Origin: an uncultured Candidatus Binatia bacterium
GTDB taxonomy: Bacteria; Desulfobacterota; Binatia; Bin18
NCBI GenBank assembly: GCA_965200965.1
Contig: OZ241744.1
Location: forward strand, 2,112,001-2,176,000
Direction of reading: 5' to 3'
DNA: 64,000 nt
The translations under genes were made by a program, and so were the position numbers. Under the pieces are notes generated by a model that ran no database searches, was not told the origin of the DNA, and saw nothing but the letters and a program-made list of their open reading frames with translations. Every line of letters begins with the position of its first letter. Position 1 is the first letter of the stretch. Of this stretch, positions 41,403 through 52,339 are shown piece after piece.

Positions 41403-42968
41403 CTAGCAAATTTTTGTCGCCGGGACAGGTGACTCGGGCTGGCGTCGCCAAGCTAACACCGGATGCCGGGCCGCCCGGGTTTCATCCAGGCGACCCACCG
41501 GCGTTGCGGTCGGCGCGGCTGTGAGCCGCTGCGGCTCGTCCCTGGCCTCCCGGGCAATGGCCAAGAGCGCGTCGGCAAAGGCATCAAGCGTCTCTTTGGT
41601 CTCGGTTTCGGTCGGCTCCATCATCAACGCCCCGCTCACAACCAGCGGAAAATAGATCGTCGGAGCGTAAAAACCGTAATCGAGCAGGCGCTTGGCGATA
41701 TCCAGGGTCTTGACCCCAGTGTGCTGAAAAGAACGGTCGGAAAACACACACTCGTGCAGACACGGGGAGGGCGAGGCCGACTGATAGGCAGATTCCAGGC
41801 GTTTCCGCAAGTAGTTGGCGTTCAGGACGGCCATCCGGGTGGCCCGGCTGAGCCCGTTGCCTCCCATCGCCAGGATGTAGGCGTAGGCGCGGACCAGGAT
41901 GCCGAAATTCCCAAAAAAGGACCGCACACGGCCAATTGAGCGCGGAAAATCCTCACTCCAGCGGTAGGTCAGACCGTCAGCGACCACGCGCGGGAGCGGC
42001 AGATAGGGTTCGAGGAGCTTTTTGACCCCGACCGGACCCGCGCCCGGCCCGCCCCCGCCGTGCGGAGTTGAAAACGTCTTGTGCAGATTGAACTGGATGA
42101 CATCCGCTCCCATGTGACCCGGTTTTGCCACGCCCATCAGCGCATTAAGATTTGCCCCGTCCAGATAGACCAGGGCACCCTGGGCGTGTACAATCCCGGC
42201 AATCTCGGTAATCTCCCGCTCAAACAGCCCCAGGGTATTGGGATTGGTGACCATCAGGGCAGCAACGTCGCTATCCACATAGTGGCTGACGGTGGCCGCT
42301 TCGAGCGTGCCGTCTGGTCCGGCCGGGACCTCAGCCACCGCGTAGCCGCACAGCGCGGCAGAGGCCGGGTTGGTGCCGTGGGCGCTGCCCGGAATGAGCA
42401 CTGTTGTGCGGGGCCGGCCCTGCTCGACATGGTAGGCCCGAATGAGCTTCATGCCGGTCAGCTCGCCCTGAGCCCCGGCTGCGGGTTGCAGGCTGATCGC
42501 ATCCATGCCGCTGATTTCGGCCAGGCTGTGCTCGAGACGGGCGACGAGTTCCAGCGCGCCCTGGGCATATTCGACCGGCATGAGCGGATGGAGTTGGGCA
42601 AAGCCGGCCAGGCGGGCCACCACCTCGTTGACGAGCGGGTTATACTTCATGGTGCAGGAGCCGAGCGGATACAGGGTGGTCGCCGCACTGAAATTCCACT
42701 GCGAGAGCCGGGTAAAATGGCGGACCACCTCCCCCTCGCTGACCTCAGGAAAATCCTCAAGCTCCGCCCGACACAGCTCGGGCGGCAAATCCTGAACGCT
42801 GTCGCGGACCGGAATATCGTCCAGGGGCAGAGAATAGCCGATGCGTCCGGGCGAGCCACGCTCGACAATCAACGGTTCGCTCAGAACAGACCGCTTGGGC
42901 GGCCCAGAGGCGGGCGGGCTTGGAACCTGCCGGCTTCGGCCACGCGGCAACTTGGAGCGTTTTTCCAT
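41403..42968 (-). CDS. gcvPB: Glycine dehydrogenase subunit 2
   Basis: [41 protein letters not shown]. Confidence 0.95.
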   Translation of the reverse strand: MEKRSKLPRGRSRQVPSPPASGPPKRSVLSEPLIVERGSPGRIGYSLPLDDIPVRDSVQDLPPELCRAELEDFPEVSEGEVVRHFTRLSQWNFSAATTLYPLGSCTMKYNPLVNEVVARLAGFAQLHPLMPVEYAQGALELVARLEHSLAEISGMDAISLQPAAGAQGELTGMKLIRAYHVEQGRPRTTVLIPGSAHGTNPASAALCGYAVAEVPAGPDGTLEAATVSHYVDSDVAALMVTNPNTLGLFEREITEIAGIVHAQGALVYLDGANLNALMGVAKPGHMGADVIQFNLHKTFSTPHGGGGPGAGPVGVKKLLEPYLPLPRVVADGLTYRWSEDFPRSIGRVRSFFGNFGILVRAYAYILAMGGNGLSRATRMAVLNANYLRKRLESAYQSASPSPCLHECVFSDRSFQHTGVKTLDIAKRLLDYGFYAPTIYFPLVVSGALMMEPTETETKETLDAFADALLAIAREARDEPQRLTAAPTATPVGRLDETRAARHPVLAWRRQPESPVPATKIC

Positions 42969-42991
42969 AGCGGCCCCGTCTGTCGCAAGAC

Positions 42992-44341
42992 CTAAGCGCC
43001 AGCCCCAAGTCCGTGGGCCAGCCGCTCAATATCCGCCCTGGGGTGTGTTTCGGTCACACACACCAGTACACAGTCGGACAGCTCTGGATACCACTCGGCC
43101 AGCGGCAGACCAGCGACCAGACCCTCGGCCTTGAGACGCTGCCAGACGGCTTCGGCATGGGGCACGCGCAGGACAAACTCGTTAAAGAACGGTGCCGAAA
43201 AACGCGCCTGACACGGGCTGTGGTGGGTCAGCACCTCTTGGGCGTAATGGCTCCTGGTGACATTCTGCCGGGCCAACTGGCGCAGCCCCCGGCGGCCCAG
43301 CAGGCACAGAAAGACCGTCACGGCCAGGGCACACAAGCCCTGGTTGGTGCAGATATTTGACGTTGCCCGCTCGCGGCGGATATGTTGTTCACGCGTCGCC
43401 AGGGTCAGGACAAAGCCGCGGCGTCCGTCCCGGTCGAGCGTCTCGCCAACCAGCCGACCGGGCATAGCGCGCAGGTATTGCTGGCGGCAGGCAAACAGAC
43501 CGATCCCCGGCCCGCCATAACTCATCGGAATCCCCAGGCTCTGTCCCTCGGCCACCGCAATATCCACTCCGAGTTCCCCCGGTGACTTGAGCAGCCCCAG
43601 CGCCAGCGATTCGGCTGTCGCGCTGATGACCAGGCCACCGCACTGATGGACCGCCCGGCTGACAGCCCCGACATCCTCAACAATGCCAAACACGTTCGGA
43701 TAGCCGATGACCGCAGCGACCAGCGTGTCATCCAAGTGGTCTCGCAGGACTGCGGCGTCCACCCGCCCGTCTTCGGCCCACGGCAACTCAGCGAGCTGAA
43801 CGCCGGGGAAACCGTCCACATAGGTCTGCATGACCTGTCGGTACTGGGGATGGAGGGCTCTGGAGACCAGCACTTTTGAACGCTTGGGCAGGATGCGTTT
43901 GGCCATCAAGACCGCCTCGGCGGTGGCCGAAGCCCCATCATACATACTGGCATTGGCGACATCTACACCGAACAGGCCCGCAATCAGGGACTGGAACTCG
44001 AACATCGCTTGCAGCGTCCCCTGGCTGACCTCGGGCTGATACGGGGTATAGGCGGTCGCAAACTCTCCCCGCTGTATGATCTGGTCAACAACGGCCGGGA
44101 CGCCGTGGGGGTAGGCACCGGCACCCAGAAAAACTACGGCCGCGGGGTCGCCGAGGTTCTGGCCGGCCAACTCGGTCAAACGGCCCCTCAGGTCGGCCTC
44201 AGACAGTCCCGGCGGGAGATCGATATGCGCCTTGGCTCGCAGAGCGTCCGGCAGGTGGGCAAACAGCGCATCAACAGACCGGAGCCCGAGGGCCGCCAGC
44301 ATGGACTCAATATCGTGCTCAGTGTGAGGGATGTAGCGCAT
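42992..44341 (-). CDS. gcvPA: Glycine dehydrogenase subunit 1
   Basis: MRYIPHT, YTPYQPEVSQG, NASMYDG, TREQHIRRERATSNICTNQ. Confidence 0.95.
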   Translation of the reverse strand: MRYIPHTEHDIESMLAALGLRSVDALFAHLPDALRAKAHIDLPPGLSEADLRGRLTELAGQNLGDPAAVVFLGAGAYPHGVPAVVDQIIQRGEFATAYTPYQPEVSQGTLQAMFEFQSLIAGLFGVDVANASMYDGASATAEAVLMAKRILPKRSKVLVSRALHPQYRQVMQTYVDGFPGVQLAELPWAEDGRVDAAVLRDHLDDTLVAAVIGYPNVFGIVEDVGAVSRAVHQCGGLVISATAESLALGLLKSPGELGVDIAVAEGQSLGIPMSYGGPGIGLFACRQQYLRAMPGRLVGETLDRDGRRGFVLTLATREQHIRRERATSNICTNQGLCALAVTVFLCLLGRRGLRQLARQNVTRSHYAQEVLTHHSPCQARFSAPFFNEFVLRVPHAEAVWQRLKAEGLVAGLPLAEWYPELSDCVLVCVTETHPRADIERLAHGLGAGA

Positions 44342-44354
44342 GCCGGCGGCTTCC

Positions 44355-44756
44355 CTAGTCTTCCTGGTCAGACTGATCCTGTTCGACAAACGCGGTGTAT
44401 TCTTCGGCGTCCATCAGGTCTTCGAGCTCATCCGGCTCACTGATTTGAATCCCGATCATCCAGGCATCACCGTAGGGATCATCGTTAACCATTTCTGGAC
44501 TGCTGGGCAGGTCGACATTGACCTCAACCACCGTTCCACTCACCGGCGAAAATATGTCAGAGACCGCTTTGACCGACTCGATCACCCCAAACGGCTCTTC
44601 CTTCTGCACGGCTGTCCCCACCTCGGGCAGCTCAACATACACGACATCGCCGAGTTGGTCCTGGGCATAGTCGGTGATACCCACCCGCGCAATACCCTCC
44701 TCAACAGCGACCCATTCGTGTTCGCTTGAATAGCGCAGCTCTTTTGGAACGTCCAT
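44355..44756 (-). CDS. gcvH: Glycine cleavage H protein
   Basis: HEWV, GITDYAQDQLGDVV, ESVKAVSD (lipoyl Lys); start 44756 after AGGAGG. Confidence 0.95.
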   Translation of the reverse strand: MDVPKELRYSSEHEWVAVEEGIARVGITDYAQDQLGDVVYVELPEVGTAVQKEEPFGVIESVKAVSDIFSPVSGTVVEVNVDLPSSPEMVNDDPYGDAWMIGIQISEPDELEDLMDAEEYTAFVEQDQSDQED

Positions 44757-44773
44757 CGAAACCTCCTGACCCC

Positions 44774-45862
44774 CTACTCCTTTCTCCTCCGGTAGAACGG
44801 CCGGCTCACGACCCGGGCCCGGACCTGACGACCACGGATTTCCACCCACAACTCCATGCCTGGGACCGCCTCCGCCGGGCCGTATCCCAGGCCGATACCG
44901 ACCCCTAAGCTCGGAGACCGGGTTCCGCTCGTGATACGGCCGACCGTCCGCCCGTGTACCACCAGCGGATAGCCAGACCGCGGAATACCCCGCTCTTCCA
45001 TCTGTAGTCCAAGCAGCTTTTTCGTCACCCCACGCTCTTTGTGCCGCAACAGGGCCGGGCGGCCGATAAATGCTCCGCTCTCAAAGCGCACGAGGCGCGA
45101 CAGCCCGGCTTCAAAGGGTGAGATGTGGCTGTCCATGTCCTGTCCGTACAACATATAGCCGGCTTCGAGCCGGAGGGTATCGCGCGCGCCAAGACCAACC
45201 GGCACGAGACCGTCGGCCCGGCCCGCCTCCAGACACGCCGCCCACACGCGCTCGGCACGCTCGGCAGGCACAAACAGCTCAAAGCCATCTTCTCCTGTAT
45301 AGCCAGTCCGGGCCACAAGTCCAGCCACCCCGGCCAGCTCGCCCGCGGCGCACCAGTAGTACCGCAAGGCGGACAGGTCTACAGGCGTGAGGCGGTGCAG
45401 GATCGCCGCGGCGCGCGGCCCCTGGAGGGCAAGCAGGGCTGTCTCGGCAGTCCGGTTGAGCAACTCGGCACGACCCCGGTTGTGCTGGCCAAACCAGTCG
45501 AAATCAACCCCAATCCGGGTCGCGTTGACACACACAGCATACCGCTCCGGGGCGAGCCGATAGACGAGCACATCGTCAATAATCCCCCCGTCGGCGTTGC
45601 ACAAGAGGCTGTACTGGGCCTGACCGGTGGCCAGCCGGGCCACATCGCTCACCAGGAGTTCCTGGCACACTTCCAGGGCGCGAGGACCACGGAGTTCGAT
45701 CTCGCCCATATGGCTGAGGTCAAACAGCCCGGCCCGGGTCCGCACCGCCCGGTGTTCGGCCACAATACCTGAGTACTGGACGGGCATGTCCCAGCCTCCA
45801 AAGACGGTAAAGCGCGCCCCCAAAGCGCGGTGGGTGTCGTACAGGGGGGTCCGTGCTGGCAT
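44774..45862 (-). CDS. gcvT: Glycine cleavage aminomethyltransferase
   Basis: FGGWDMPVQY, FDLSHMG, RTGYTGEDGFE, GLGARDTLRLEAG. Confidence 0.96.
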   Translation of the reverse strand: MPARTPLYDTHRALGARFTVFGGWDMPVQYSGIVAEHRAVRTRAGLFDLSHMGEIELRGPRALEVCQELLVSDVARLATGQAQYSLLCNADGGIIDDVLVYRLAPERYAVCVNATRIGVDFDWFGQHNRGRAELLNRTAETALLALQGPRAAAILHRLTPVDLSALRYYWCAAGELAGVAGLVARTGYTGEDGFELFVPAERAERVWAACLEAGRADGLVPVGLGARDTLRLEAGYMLYGQDMDSHISPFEAGLSRLVRFESGAFIGRPALLRHKERGVTKKLLGLQMEERGIPRSGYPLVVHGRTVGRITSGTRSPSLGVGIGLGYGPAEAVPGMELWVEIRGRQVRARVVSRPFYRRRKE

Positions 45863-45865
45863 CGC

Positions 45866-46732
45866 TCAGCTGGTGTGGGTGAGCTGTCGGTGGGCGGCTT
45901 TGAGCGTATTACAGAGCAGCATTGCCACCGTCATTGGGCCGACTCCGCCCGGCACCGGGGTGATAAAAGCGGCCCGTTCTCTGGCCGTCGTAAAATCGAC
46001 ATCACCCCCCAGCGAGCCGTCCGCCAGCCGGGAAATTCCGACATCAATGACAATCGCCCCGTCTTTGATCCACTCGCCGCGAATCGCACCCGGCTGCCCG
46101 ATAGCGGGAATCACAATATCGGCCTGGCGGACTTCTCGGGCCAGAGCAGTCGTCCGGGAGTGACAACAGGTGACGGTCACATGCTGCTCTAACAAGAGAA
46201 GGATCAGGGGCCGACCGACGAGGTGGCTGCGCCCGATGACAACCGCTTTCCGGCCGGCCAGGGGCAGCCCGGTCCGCTCAAGCAGACACATCACCCCCAG
46301 CGGGGTACAGGGGCGGAAACCGTCTTCGCCCCGCAGCAGCTTGCCCTGATTGAGGAGGTGCAGGCCGTCGACATCCTTGTCCGGGTCAAGGGCCTCAATG
46401 AAGCGCTCTTGGGCCAGGTGGGCCGGGAGCGGCAACTGAACCAGGACGCCGTTCACATCCGTCCGGGCGTTCAGCTCAGCGACAAGGGTCAGGACCTCAG
46501 ACGCCGGGGTGGTCGCCGGCAGCCGATAGCCAAACGACTGGATGCCGACATTCTGACAGGCTCGCTCCTTGGTCCCGACATACACGCGGGAGGCGGCATT
46601 GTCACCGACCAGGACGGTGGCCAGTCCCGGCCGGCTGCCATACCTGGCACAAAATCCGTCTACCTCCTCCTGTACGGCCTGACGGATTGAGCGGGCAATG
46701 GCTCTGCCGTCAAGAACTGTACCCCTGGCCAT
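45866..46732 (-). CDS. folD: Methylene-THF dehydrogenase/cyclohydrolase
   Basis: VQLPLP, KDVDG, PCTPLG, TPVPGGVGPMT. Confidence 0.96.
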   Translation of the reverse strand: MARGTVLDGRAIARSIRQAVQEEVDGFCARYGSRPGLATVLVGDNAASRVYVGTKERACQNVGIQSFGYRLPATTPASEVLTLVAELNARTDVNGVLVQLPLPAHLAQERFIEALDPDKDVDGLHLLNQGKLLRGEDGFRPCTPLGVMCLLERTGLPLAGRKAVVIGRSHLVGRPLILLLLEQHVTVTCCHSRTTALAREVRQADIVIPAIGQPGAIRGEWIKDGAIVIDVGISRLADGSLGGDVDFTTARERAAFITPVPGGVGPMTVAMLLCNTLKAAHRQLTHTS

Positions 46733-46795
46733 GCGGCTCAGGATACGCCAATCACCCTGCCGATGCAAAACGGCAGGGCGGGAAGAATGGACGGG

Positions 46796-49492
46796 CTAGA
46801 ACTCGAACCCGGCGCGCAAATAGTAGAAGCCACCGTTGAAGCCGTAGGGCGAGTATTCGGGGTATTTGGCCCCCAGGGCGCGGGCGTAGGGATTTCTGCG
46901 CGGGTAGGTATCAAACACGTTCTCTGCACCCAGCGCCAGCGTCACCGCCCGCATACAGGGGATGTTCAGAAAGGTGTAGGAGGCTTCCAGGTCCATCAGC
47001 CAGCGCTCGCCGGCGTTGATGGGCAAGTTCCTGTCTTCCACATGGTATTCGTGGAAATCGTCGTAGAAGTGCAGTCGGGCCAGGAGCCGCCACGGGCCCC
47101 AACTGTGGTCGGCCGTCAGCGAGAAGCGGAACTCCGGCAGGTTTTCTTCAAGCTGGTTGACACGCTTGTTGTCGATAACGCCGGGATCACGGCTGTCCAC
47201 CTCCGTCTTGTTCCAGTTGCCTACAAAGGTAAACCGGGTGTGGCCGGCCAGCGTCGTCAGCGGATAGCTGGCTACCAGGTCAGCCCCCTGGGTGGTGGTG
47301 TCAAAGTCGTTGGTGTAGTAGCGCACTGCGGCGAGGGAACTGGCCTCGGGCACCAGGGCGTTGAAGCGTGCCAGGGCGGCGCGGGACAGCTCCGATTTGT
47401 CAAAATTGCGGCTGAAGGCAATGCGGTCCTGGACCTTGATACGGTAATAGTCGAGGGTCAGTTCCAGTTCGCCCAGGGTGAACACCAGGCCGGCAGAGTA
47501 GTTGACCGATTTTTCCGGGGTCAGCGGCTTTGCGCCAAAAAAGGCCGCGGCCGGGTGGTAGGCCGGCAGGGTACCCTGGTCCTGTAACTGTCCGTTGCTG
47601 ATGGCCGTGGTGGTGTTGCGCAGGTTGATCTGGCCTGGGGTGGGGGCGCGGAAGCCTGAGCTGACTGAGCCGCGCAAGGCCAGGGCGCTCAGCGCTCGCC
47701 ACTGGACCGCGGCCTTGCCGTTGACCGTCTCGCCGATGTCGCCGTCAAAGTTCTCGTACCGACCGGCAAGCCCGAACAGGACGGATTCCACCATCTCGGC
47801 CTCCAGGTCCATATACAGCGCATAGTTGTGCCGCTGCCACTCGCCAGCAATGGCCGGGCTGTAGCCCGGAAAGCCGTTGGAGCCGATGCCGAAGCCCTGA
47901 GCCGCCAGGCCGTATTGATCGTCGATATACCAGGAGTTCTGCCCCCCGGCCTCTTTCTCAAAGGCTTCCACATGGTACTCAAAGCCGAAGGCAGCGTTCA
48001 GCGGTGAGGAGAAAAGACCCAGGTCCACCAGCCGCGACAGGTCAAGGTTGAATGTCCTCTCAAACTGCGTATCGGTCCCGGGCCGGTAGGAGGTCGGAAT
48101 GGTGGTCCGCAGGCCGGCCAGCTGCGGGTTGATGGTATGGTGCATGAAAAAGTCCACGCTGTTACGACCAAAGTAGGCGCTGGCGTCATACGACCAGCCG
48201 CTGAGCAGGGTGTACTTGCTCTCGACTGCTCCGCGCAGCCCGAAGGCAATGCTCCAGTCCTTCACAGAGCCGCCGAAGCGGGGCGTGAATCCGCCCGGAA
48301 AACGCTCGTTGAAGATAAAGCAGTGCGGATAGCCGTCCAGCGCGCCCTGGTAATTGGCCGCGGGGTTGGTGCGGATGATGGGGCAGCCGGTGCCGGTCCC
48401 CGACAGATCGGCGACCGGGATCGTATCGCTCAAGCCGGTGGTATCAATTCCGTCCTGCCTGGCCGCGGCGAGGGAAGCGTATGGATTGCCGGTGCGGTCC
48501 ACAACCCGGTTGCCGGCTCGGTCCACAACCGGCCCGTCAAACACCAGCGGGCGTTCGCTGGGGTGGCGGAAATAGAACCCGCCTTCAACCTTGCGTTCGG
48601 CATAATTGCCAAAGGCGTACAGCCGGGCGTTCAGGTCCTCGAGGTCCAGGCCAAGGTTGCCGAAGAACTTGTAGTCATAGTGCACCTCGGGCGCGCCCCA
48701 GACCTGGCTCGCCGGGCGGCGCACATGCGTGTTGCCGGCGGCAATCAGGTCCAGCGCGTCCCCACGCTGAACGCTGCGGCTGGTCTCGTCGGCGTTCAGA
48801 AACTCAAAGCTGAGGTTGGCAAAGCCGGCCTCGGTCAGCGGCAGGCCCAGGTTGGCCGCCACCTGTATCTTGTCGCCGTCGCCGTGGTAGTGCTGGCCCA
48901 GGCTGGTCTGCACCTCCAGCCCCTCGCGGTCTTCCCGCAGCCGGAAGTTCAGCACGCCGGCGATGGCGTCCGAGCCATACTGAGCCGCCGCGCCGTCGCG
49001 CAACACCTCAACCCGCTCCAAGGCGATGGCCGGGATGACCGACAGGTCGGCACCCTGCGCGCCGTCCGACGAGCCGTTGCTCAGCAGGCTGATGACCGCG
49101 GCGCGGTGGCGGCGTTTGCCGTTGACCAGCACCAGGCTGGAGTCCGGCGGCAGCCCGCGCAGATTGGCCGGCCGCACGAAGGTGGCAGCGTCGTTAATGG
49201 GCTGCTGGTTGACATTGTAGGACGGCACGGTGGCCCGCAGCAGCGCGTCCATGTCACGGATGCCGTAGGTCTGGAGTTCGTCGCCCTGAATGATATCCAC
49301 CGGCACCGGCGAGTCCTGGGCCGAGCGGCCCAGGACCCGGGAGCCGACCACCCGGTACTCCTCAAGCCCCAGGACTTCCTCCTGTGGCTCGGCGTTCTGC
49401 GCGCCGACCGCGCCCGCGCCCATCCAGATGAACAGGCCGGCCAACACATACCGCCGCCATCCTGCCTTGCTCACGCGCTTTTTCCTGTTCAA
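46796..49492 (-). CDS. TonB-dependent receptor (paralog 2)
   Basis: Signal peptide, LRGL...LVLVNGKR plug, EVLRDGAAAQYGSDAIAGV, C-terminal Phe. Confidence 0.93.
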   Translation of the reverse strand: MNRKKRVSKAGWRRYVLAGLFIWMGAGAVGAQNAEPQEEVLGLEEYRVVGSRVLGRSAQDSPVPVDIIQGDELQTYGIRDMDALLRATVPSYNVNQQPINDAATFVRPANLRGLPPDSSLVLVNGKRRHRAAVISLLSNGSSDGAQGADLSVIPAIALERVEVLRDGAAAQYGSDAIAGVLNFRLREDREGLEVQTSLGQHYHGDGDKIQVAANLGLPLTEAGFANLSFEFLNADETSRSVQRGDALDLIAAGNTHVRRPASQVWGAPEVHYDYKFFGNLGLDLEDLNARLYAFGNYAERKVEGGFYFRHPSERPLVFDGPVVDRAGNRVVDRTGNPYASLAAARQDGIDTTGLSDTIPVADLSGTGTGCPIIRTNPAANYQGALDGYPHCFIFNERFPGGFTPRFGGSVKDWSIAFGLRGAVESKYTLLSGWSYDASAYFGRNSVDFFMHHTINPQLAGLRTTIPTSYRPGTDTQFERTFNLDLSRLVDLGLFSSPLNAAFGFEYHVEAFEKEAGGQNSWYIDDQYGLAAQGFGIGSNGFPGYSPAIAGEWQRHNYALYMDLEAEMVESVLFGLAGRYENFDGDIGETVNGKAAVQWRALSALALRGSVSSGFRAPTPGQINLRNTTTAISNGQLQDQGTLPAYHPAAAFFGAKPLTPEKSVNYSAGLVFTLGELELTLDYYRIKVQDRIAFSRNFDKSELSRAALARFNALVPEASSLAAVRYYTNDFDTTTQGADLVASYPLTTLAGHTRFTFVGNWNKTEVDSRDPGVIDNKRVNQLEENLPEFRFSLTADHSWGPWRLLARLHFYDDFHEYHVEDRNLPINAGERWLMDLEASYTFLNIPCMRAVTLALGAENVFDTYPRRNPYARALGAKYPEYSPYGFNGGFYYLRAGFEF

Positions 49493-49538
49493 CTCCTGTG
49501 GTCTTTTGCGGGACCGGGGGCGTTTGGGGGGGAAGGAA

Positions 49539-49562
49539 ACGGGGGACAGTCCTGTCCCCCGT
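49539..49562 (-). terminator. Strong intergenic hairpin between the TonB receptor genes
   Basis: ACGGGGGACAG-TC-CTGTCCCCCGT; only a weak U-tract (TTCCTT) on the minus strand. Confidence 0.5.
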
Positions 49563-49622
49563 TCCGAAAAAGAGAGGGTCGGGGAGGCCGGATGGAGCCC
49601 CCGGCGACGGGAGATGGTCCGG

Positions 49623-52253
49623 CTAGAACTCGAACCCGGCGCGCAGGTAGTAGAACCCGCCGTTGAAGCCGAACGGCGAGGCTTCGGGGTACTTCATGCC
49701 AACCCCAGACCCGGCACCGTTCTTATACGGCACCCGGCGTGGGTACTGGTCGAACACGTTTTCCGCGCCCGCGGCCAGCGTTACCGTCTGCATGAACGGA
49801 ATGTTCCTGAAAGTGTAGGAGGCTTCGATGTCCATCAGCCAGCGCTCACCCGAGCGGAACCCCCAGGCTTGAACATCCGCCGGATAGGAGCGGAAGTTGT
49901 CGAAGAAATGCAACCTGGTCAACAGCCGCCACGGCCCATAGCTATGGTCGGCCGTTAGCGTGAACCGGAATTGCGGCAGCTTTTCTTCGATCTGTGTGAC
50001 CCGCCTGTCGCTGATGATGACAGGATTGCGGCTGTCGACCTCCGTCCTGTTCCAGTTCCCGACAAACGTGAACTCGGTGTTGCCGGCCACGGTTGTTACT
50101 GGATAGGTCGCCACCAGGTCGACCCCCTGCGTAGTGGTGTCAAAGTCGTTGGTGTAGTAGAGCACATCTCTGAGAGAACTCGCCTCGGGCACCAGCATGT
50201 TGAACTGCGCCAGTTGGCCGGGGGTCAAGTCCGAAACCCTGAATCTTTCGCTCAGTGCGATGCGGTCCTGCACTTTGATGCGGTAATAGTCGAGGGTCAG
50301 TTCCAGGGCACCCAGGTTGAAGACGGCACCCACCGAGTAGTTGACGGACTTTTCCGGGGTCAGCGGTTTTGCGCCGAAGAAGGATGCCGCGGGGTGGTGC
50401 GCCGGCAGGGTCCCCTGGTCTACCAGCCCGTCAGCACCGAAAGCCGTGGTGGTGTTCCGCAGGTTGATCTGTCCCGGCGTCGGGGCGCGGAAGCCCGAAC
50501 TGACCGCGCCGCGCAGGGCCAATGCCTCAATGACCTGCCAGCGAGCGGAGACTTTGCCGTTCACGGTCTCGCCGATGTCGCCGTCGAAGTTCTCGTAGCG
50601 TCCGGCGGCCCCGAGGGTAACCGCTCGAATCACCTCGGCTTCCAGGTCCATGTACAGCGCGTAGTTGTGGCGATCCCACTCGCCGGCGACATCGGGCCGG
50701 TAGCCGCCAAACCCGTTCGAGCCGATGCCGAACCCTTGGGCGGCAAGGCTATCGTCAATGTACCAGGAATTCTCTCCGCCGATCTTCTTCTCGAATTCCT
50801 CAATGCGGTATTCAAACCCGAACGCGGCGTTCAACGGGGAGTAGAACAACCCCACGTCAAACGGCCGCGAGATGTCGAAGTTGAATGTTCGTTCGAACTG
50901 CGTGTCCCTGCCCGGTCGGTACGATGTCGGGATATTCGTCCGCATGGCGGCCAGCTGCGGGTTGATGGTGTTGAACATGAAGAGGTCAACGCTGTTCTGG
51001 CCAAAATTGGCACTGACATCATAGAACCAGCCGTTCAGCAGGCTGAACGCACTCTCGACCTCACCGTTCATGCCGAAGACGATGCTCCAGTCCTTCACAT
51101 AACCGCCGAAGCGCGGCGTGAACCCGCCCGGAAAGCGCTCGTTGAACGCAAAGCAATGATCGGGCAGCCCGGCCAGGGCAGCCGTGTAGTCAGCCGCGGC
51201 GTTAGTCGGCACGGCGGGACAGCCTGCACCAGTCCCCGACAGGTCAGCCACTCGTATTGTGGGCGTACCGTCCGCAGGGGTGCCCTCGAACACGCCGCGC
51301 CGGGTATTGGGGTTGCGGTAAAAGAAGCCGCCCTCTACCCTGCGCTCGGCGTAGTTGCCAAAGGCGTACAAGCGGGCGTTGATGTCTTCCAGGTCAAGGC
51401 CCAAGTTGCCGAAGAACTTGTATTCGTACTGGACTTCGGGTGAGCCCCAGATCTGGGCCGCGGGCCGGCGCACATCCGTGTTGCCCGCCTCGATCAGCCC
51501 TCGCGCGTCGCCGCGTTGCACGCTGCGGCTGGTCTCATCGGCATTCATGAACTCAAAGCTGAAGTTGGCAAACCCCGCATCGGTCAGCGGCAGCCCCAGA
51601 TTAGCCGCGACTTTCACCTTGTCGCCGTCGCCATGATAGTTCTGGCCGTAGCTGGTCTGTACCTCCAGCCCCTCGCGGTCTTCCCGCAGCCGGAAGTTCA
51701 ACACCCCGGCGATAGCGTCCGAGCCATACTGGGCTGCGGCTCCGTCGCGCAGCACTTCAACCCGTTGCAACGCAATGGCCGGGATGGCGGACAAATCAAC
51801 GCCCTGCGAGCCATCTGCTAAACCGCCACCCAGGATGCTGATGACCGAACCGCGGTGGCGACGTTTTCCGTTGACCAGCACCAGGGTGTGATCCGGCGGC
51901 AGCCCGCGCAGGTTGGCCGGACGGATGAGCGTGGCGGCGTCGCTGATGGGTTGATCGTTGACGTTGTAGGACGGGACGGACGCGCGCAGCAAGGAGTCCA
52001 GGTCACGGATGCCGTAGGTCTGGAGGTCTTCGCCCCGGATGATGTCTACCGGCACGGCCGAATCCTGGGCCGAGCGTCCGGCCACGCGCGAGCCGACCAC
52101 CCGGTAGGCTTCCAGCCCGACAACATCCTCCTCCGGCTCCGTAACCTGCGGCTCGGTGGCCTGCTGTTGTGTATCCTGTGCGCCGACTGTTGCCGCGCCC
52201 GTCAGGGCGAATATGCCCGCCAATAGACCGTAGCGCCAATTTCTCTTTTGCAT
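49623..52253 (-). CDS. TonB-dependent receptor (paralog 1)
   Basis: Same architecture as the downstream paralog, with identical C-terminus GFNGGFYYLRAGFEF. Confidence 0.93.
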   Translation of the reverse strand: MQKRNWRYGLLAGIFALTGAATVGAQDTQQQATEPQVTEPEEDVVGLEAYRVVGSRVAGRSAQDSAVPVDIIRGEDLQTYGIRDLDSLLRASVPSYNVNDQPISDAATLIRPANLRGLPPDHTLVLVNGKRRHRGSVISILGGGLADGSQGVDLSAIPAIALQRVEVLRDGAAAQYGSDAIAGVLNFRLREDREGLEVQTSYGQNYHGDGDKVKVAANLGLPLTDAGFANFSFEFMNADETSRSVQRGDARGLIEAGNTDVRRPAAQIWGSPEVQYEYKFFGNLGLDLEDINARLYAFGNYAERRVEGGFFYRNPNTRRGVFEGTPADGTPTIRVADLSGTGAGCPAVPTNAAADYTAALAGLPDHCFAFNERFPGGFTPRFGGYVKDWSIVFGMNGEVESAFSLLNGWFYDVSANFGQNSVDLFMFNTINPQLAAMRTNIPTSYRPGRDTQFERTFNFDISRPFDVGLFYSPLNAAFGFEYRIEEFEKKIGGENSWYIDDSLAAQGFGIGSNGFGGYRPDVAGEWDRHNYALYMDLEAEVIRAVTLGAAGRYENFDGDIGETVNGKVSARWQVIEALALRGAVSSGFRAPTPGQINLRNTTTAFGADGLVDQGTLPAHHPAASFFGAKPLTPEKSVNYSVGAVFNLGALELTLDYYRIKVQDRIALSERFRVSDLTPGQLAQFNMLVPEASSLRDVLYYTNDFDTTTQGVDLVATYPVTTVAGNTEFTFVGNWNRTEVDSRNPVIISDRRVTQIEEKLPQFRFTLTADHSYGPWRLLTRLHFFDNFRSYPADVQAWGFRSGERWLMDIEASYTFRNIPFMQTVTLAAGAENVFDQYPRRVPYKNGAGSGVGMKYPEASPFGFNGGFYYLRAGFEF

Positions 52254-52339
52254 CGCTCCTCATCTCCCTCCCGGTGTTTGCTTCGTTGCGTTCCCAGAAC
52301 CCCACCATCATAACGAGGGGCGGGGGGTAACGCAAGCAT

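Noticed and set aside
45862-46796. Glycine or THF riboswitch upstream of gcvT/folD
   Set aside because: gcvT starts 3 nt after folD and the folD leader is short; no aptamer pattern was seen.
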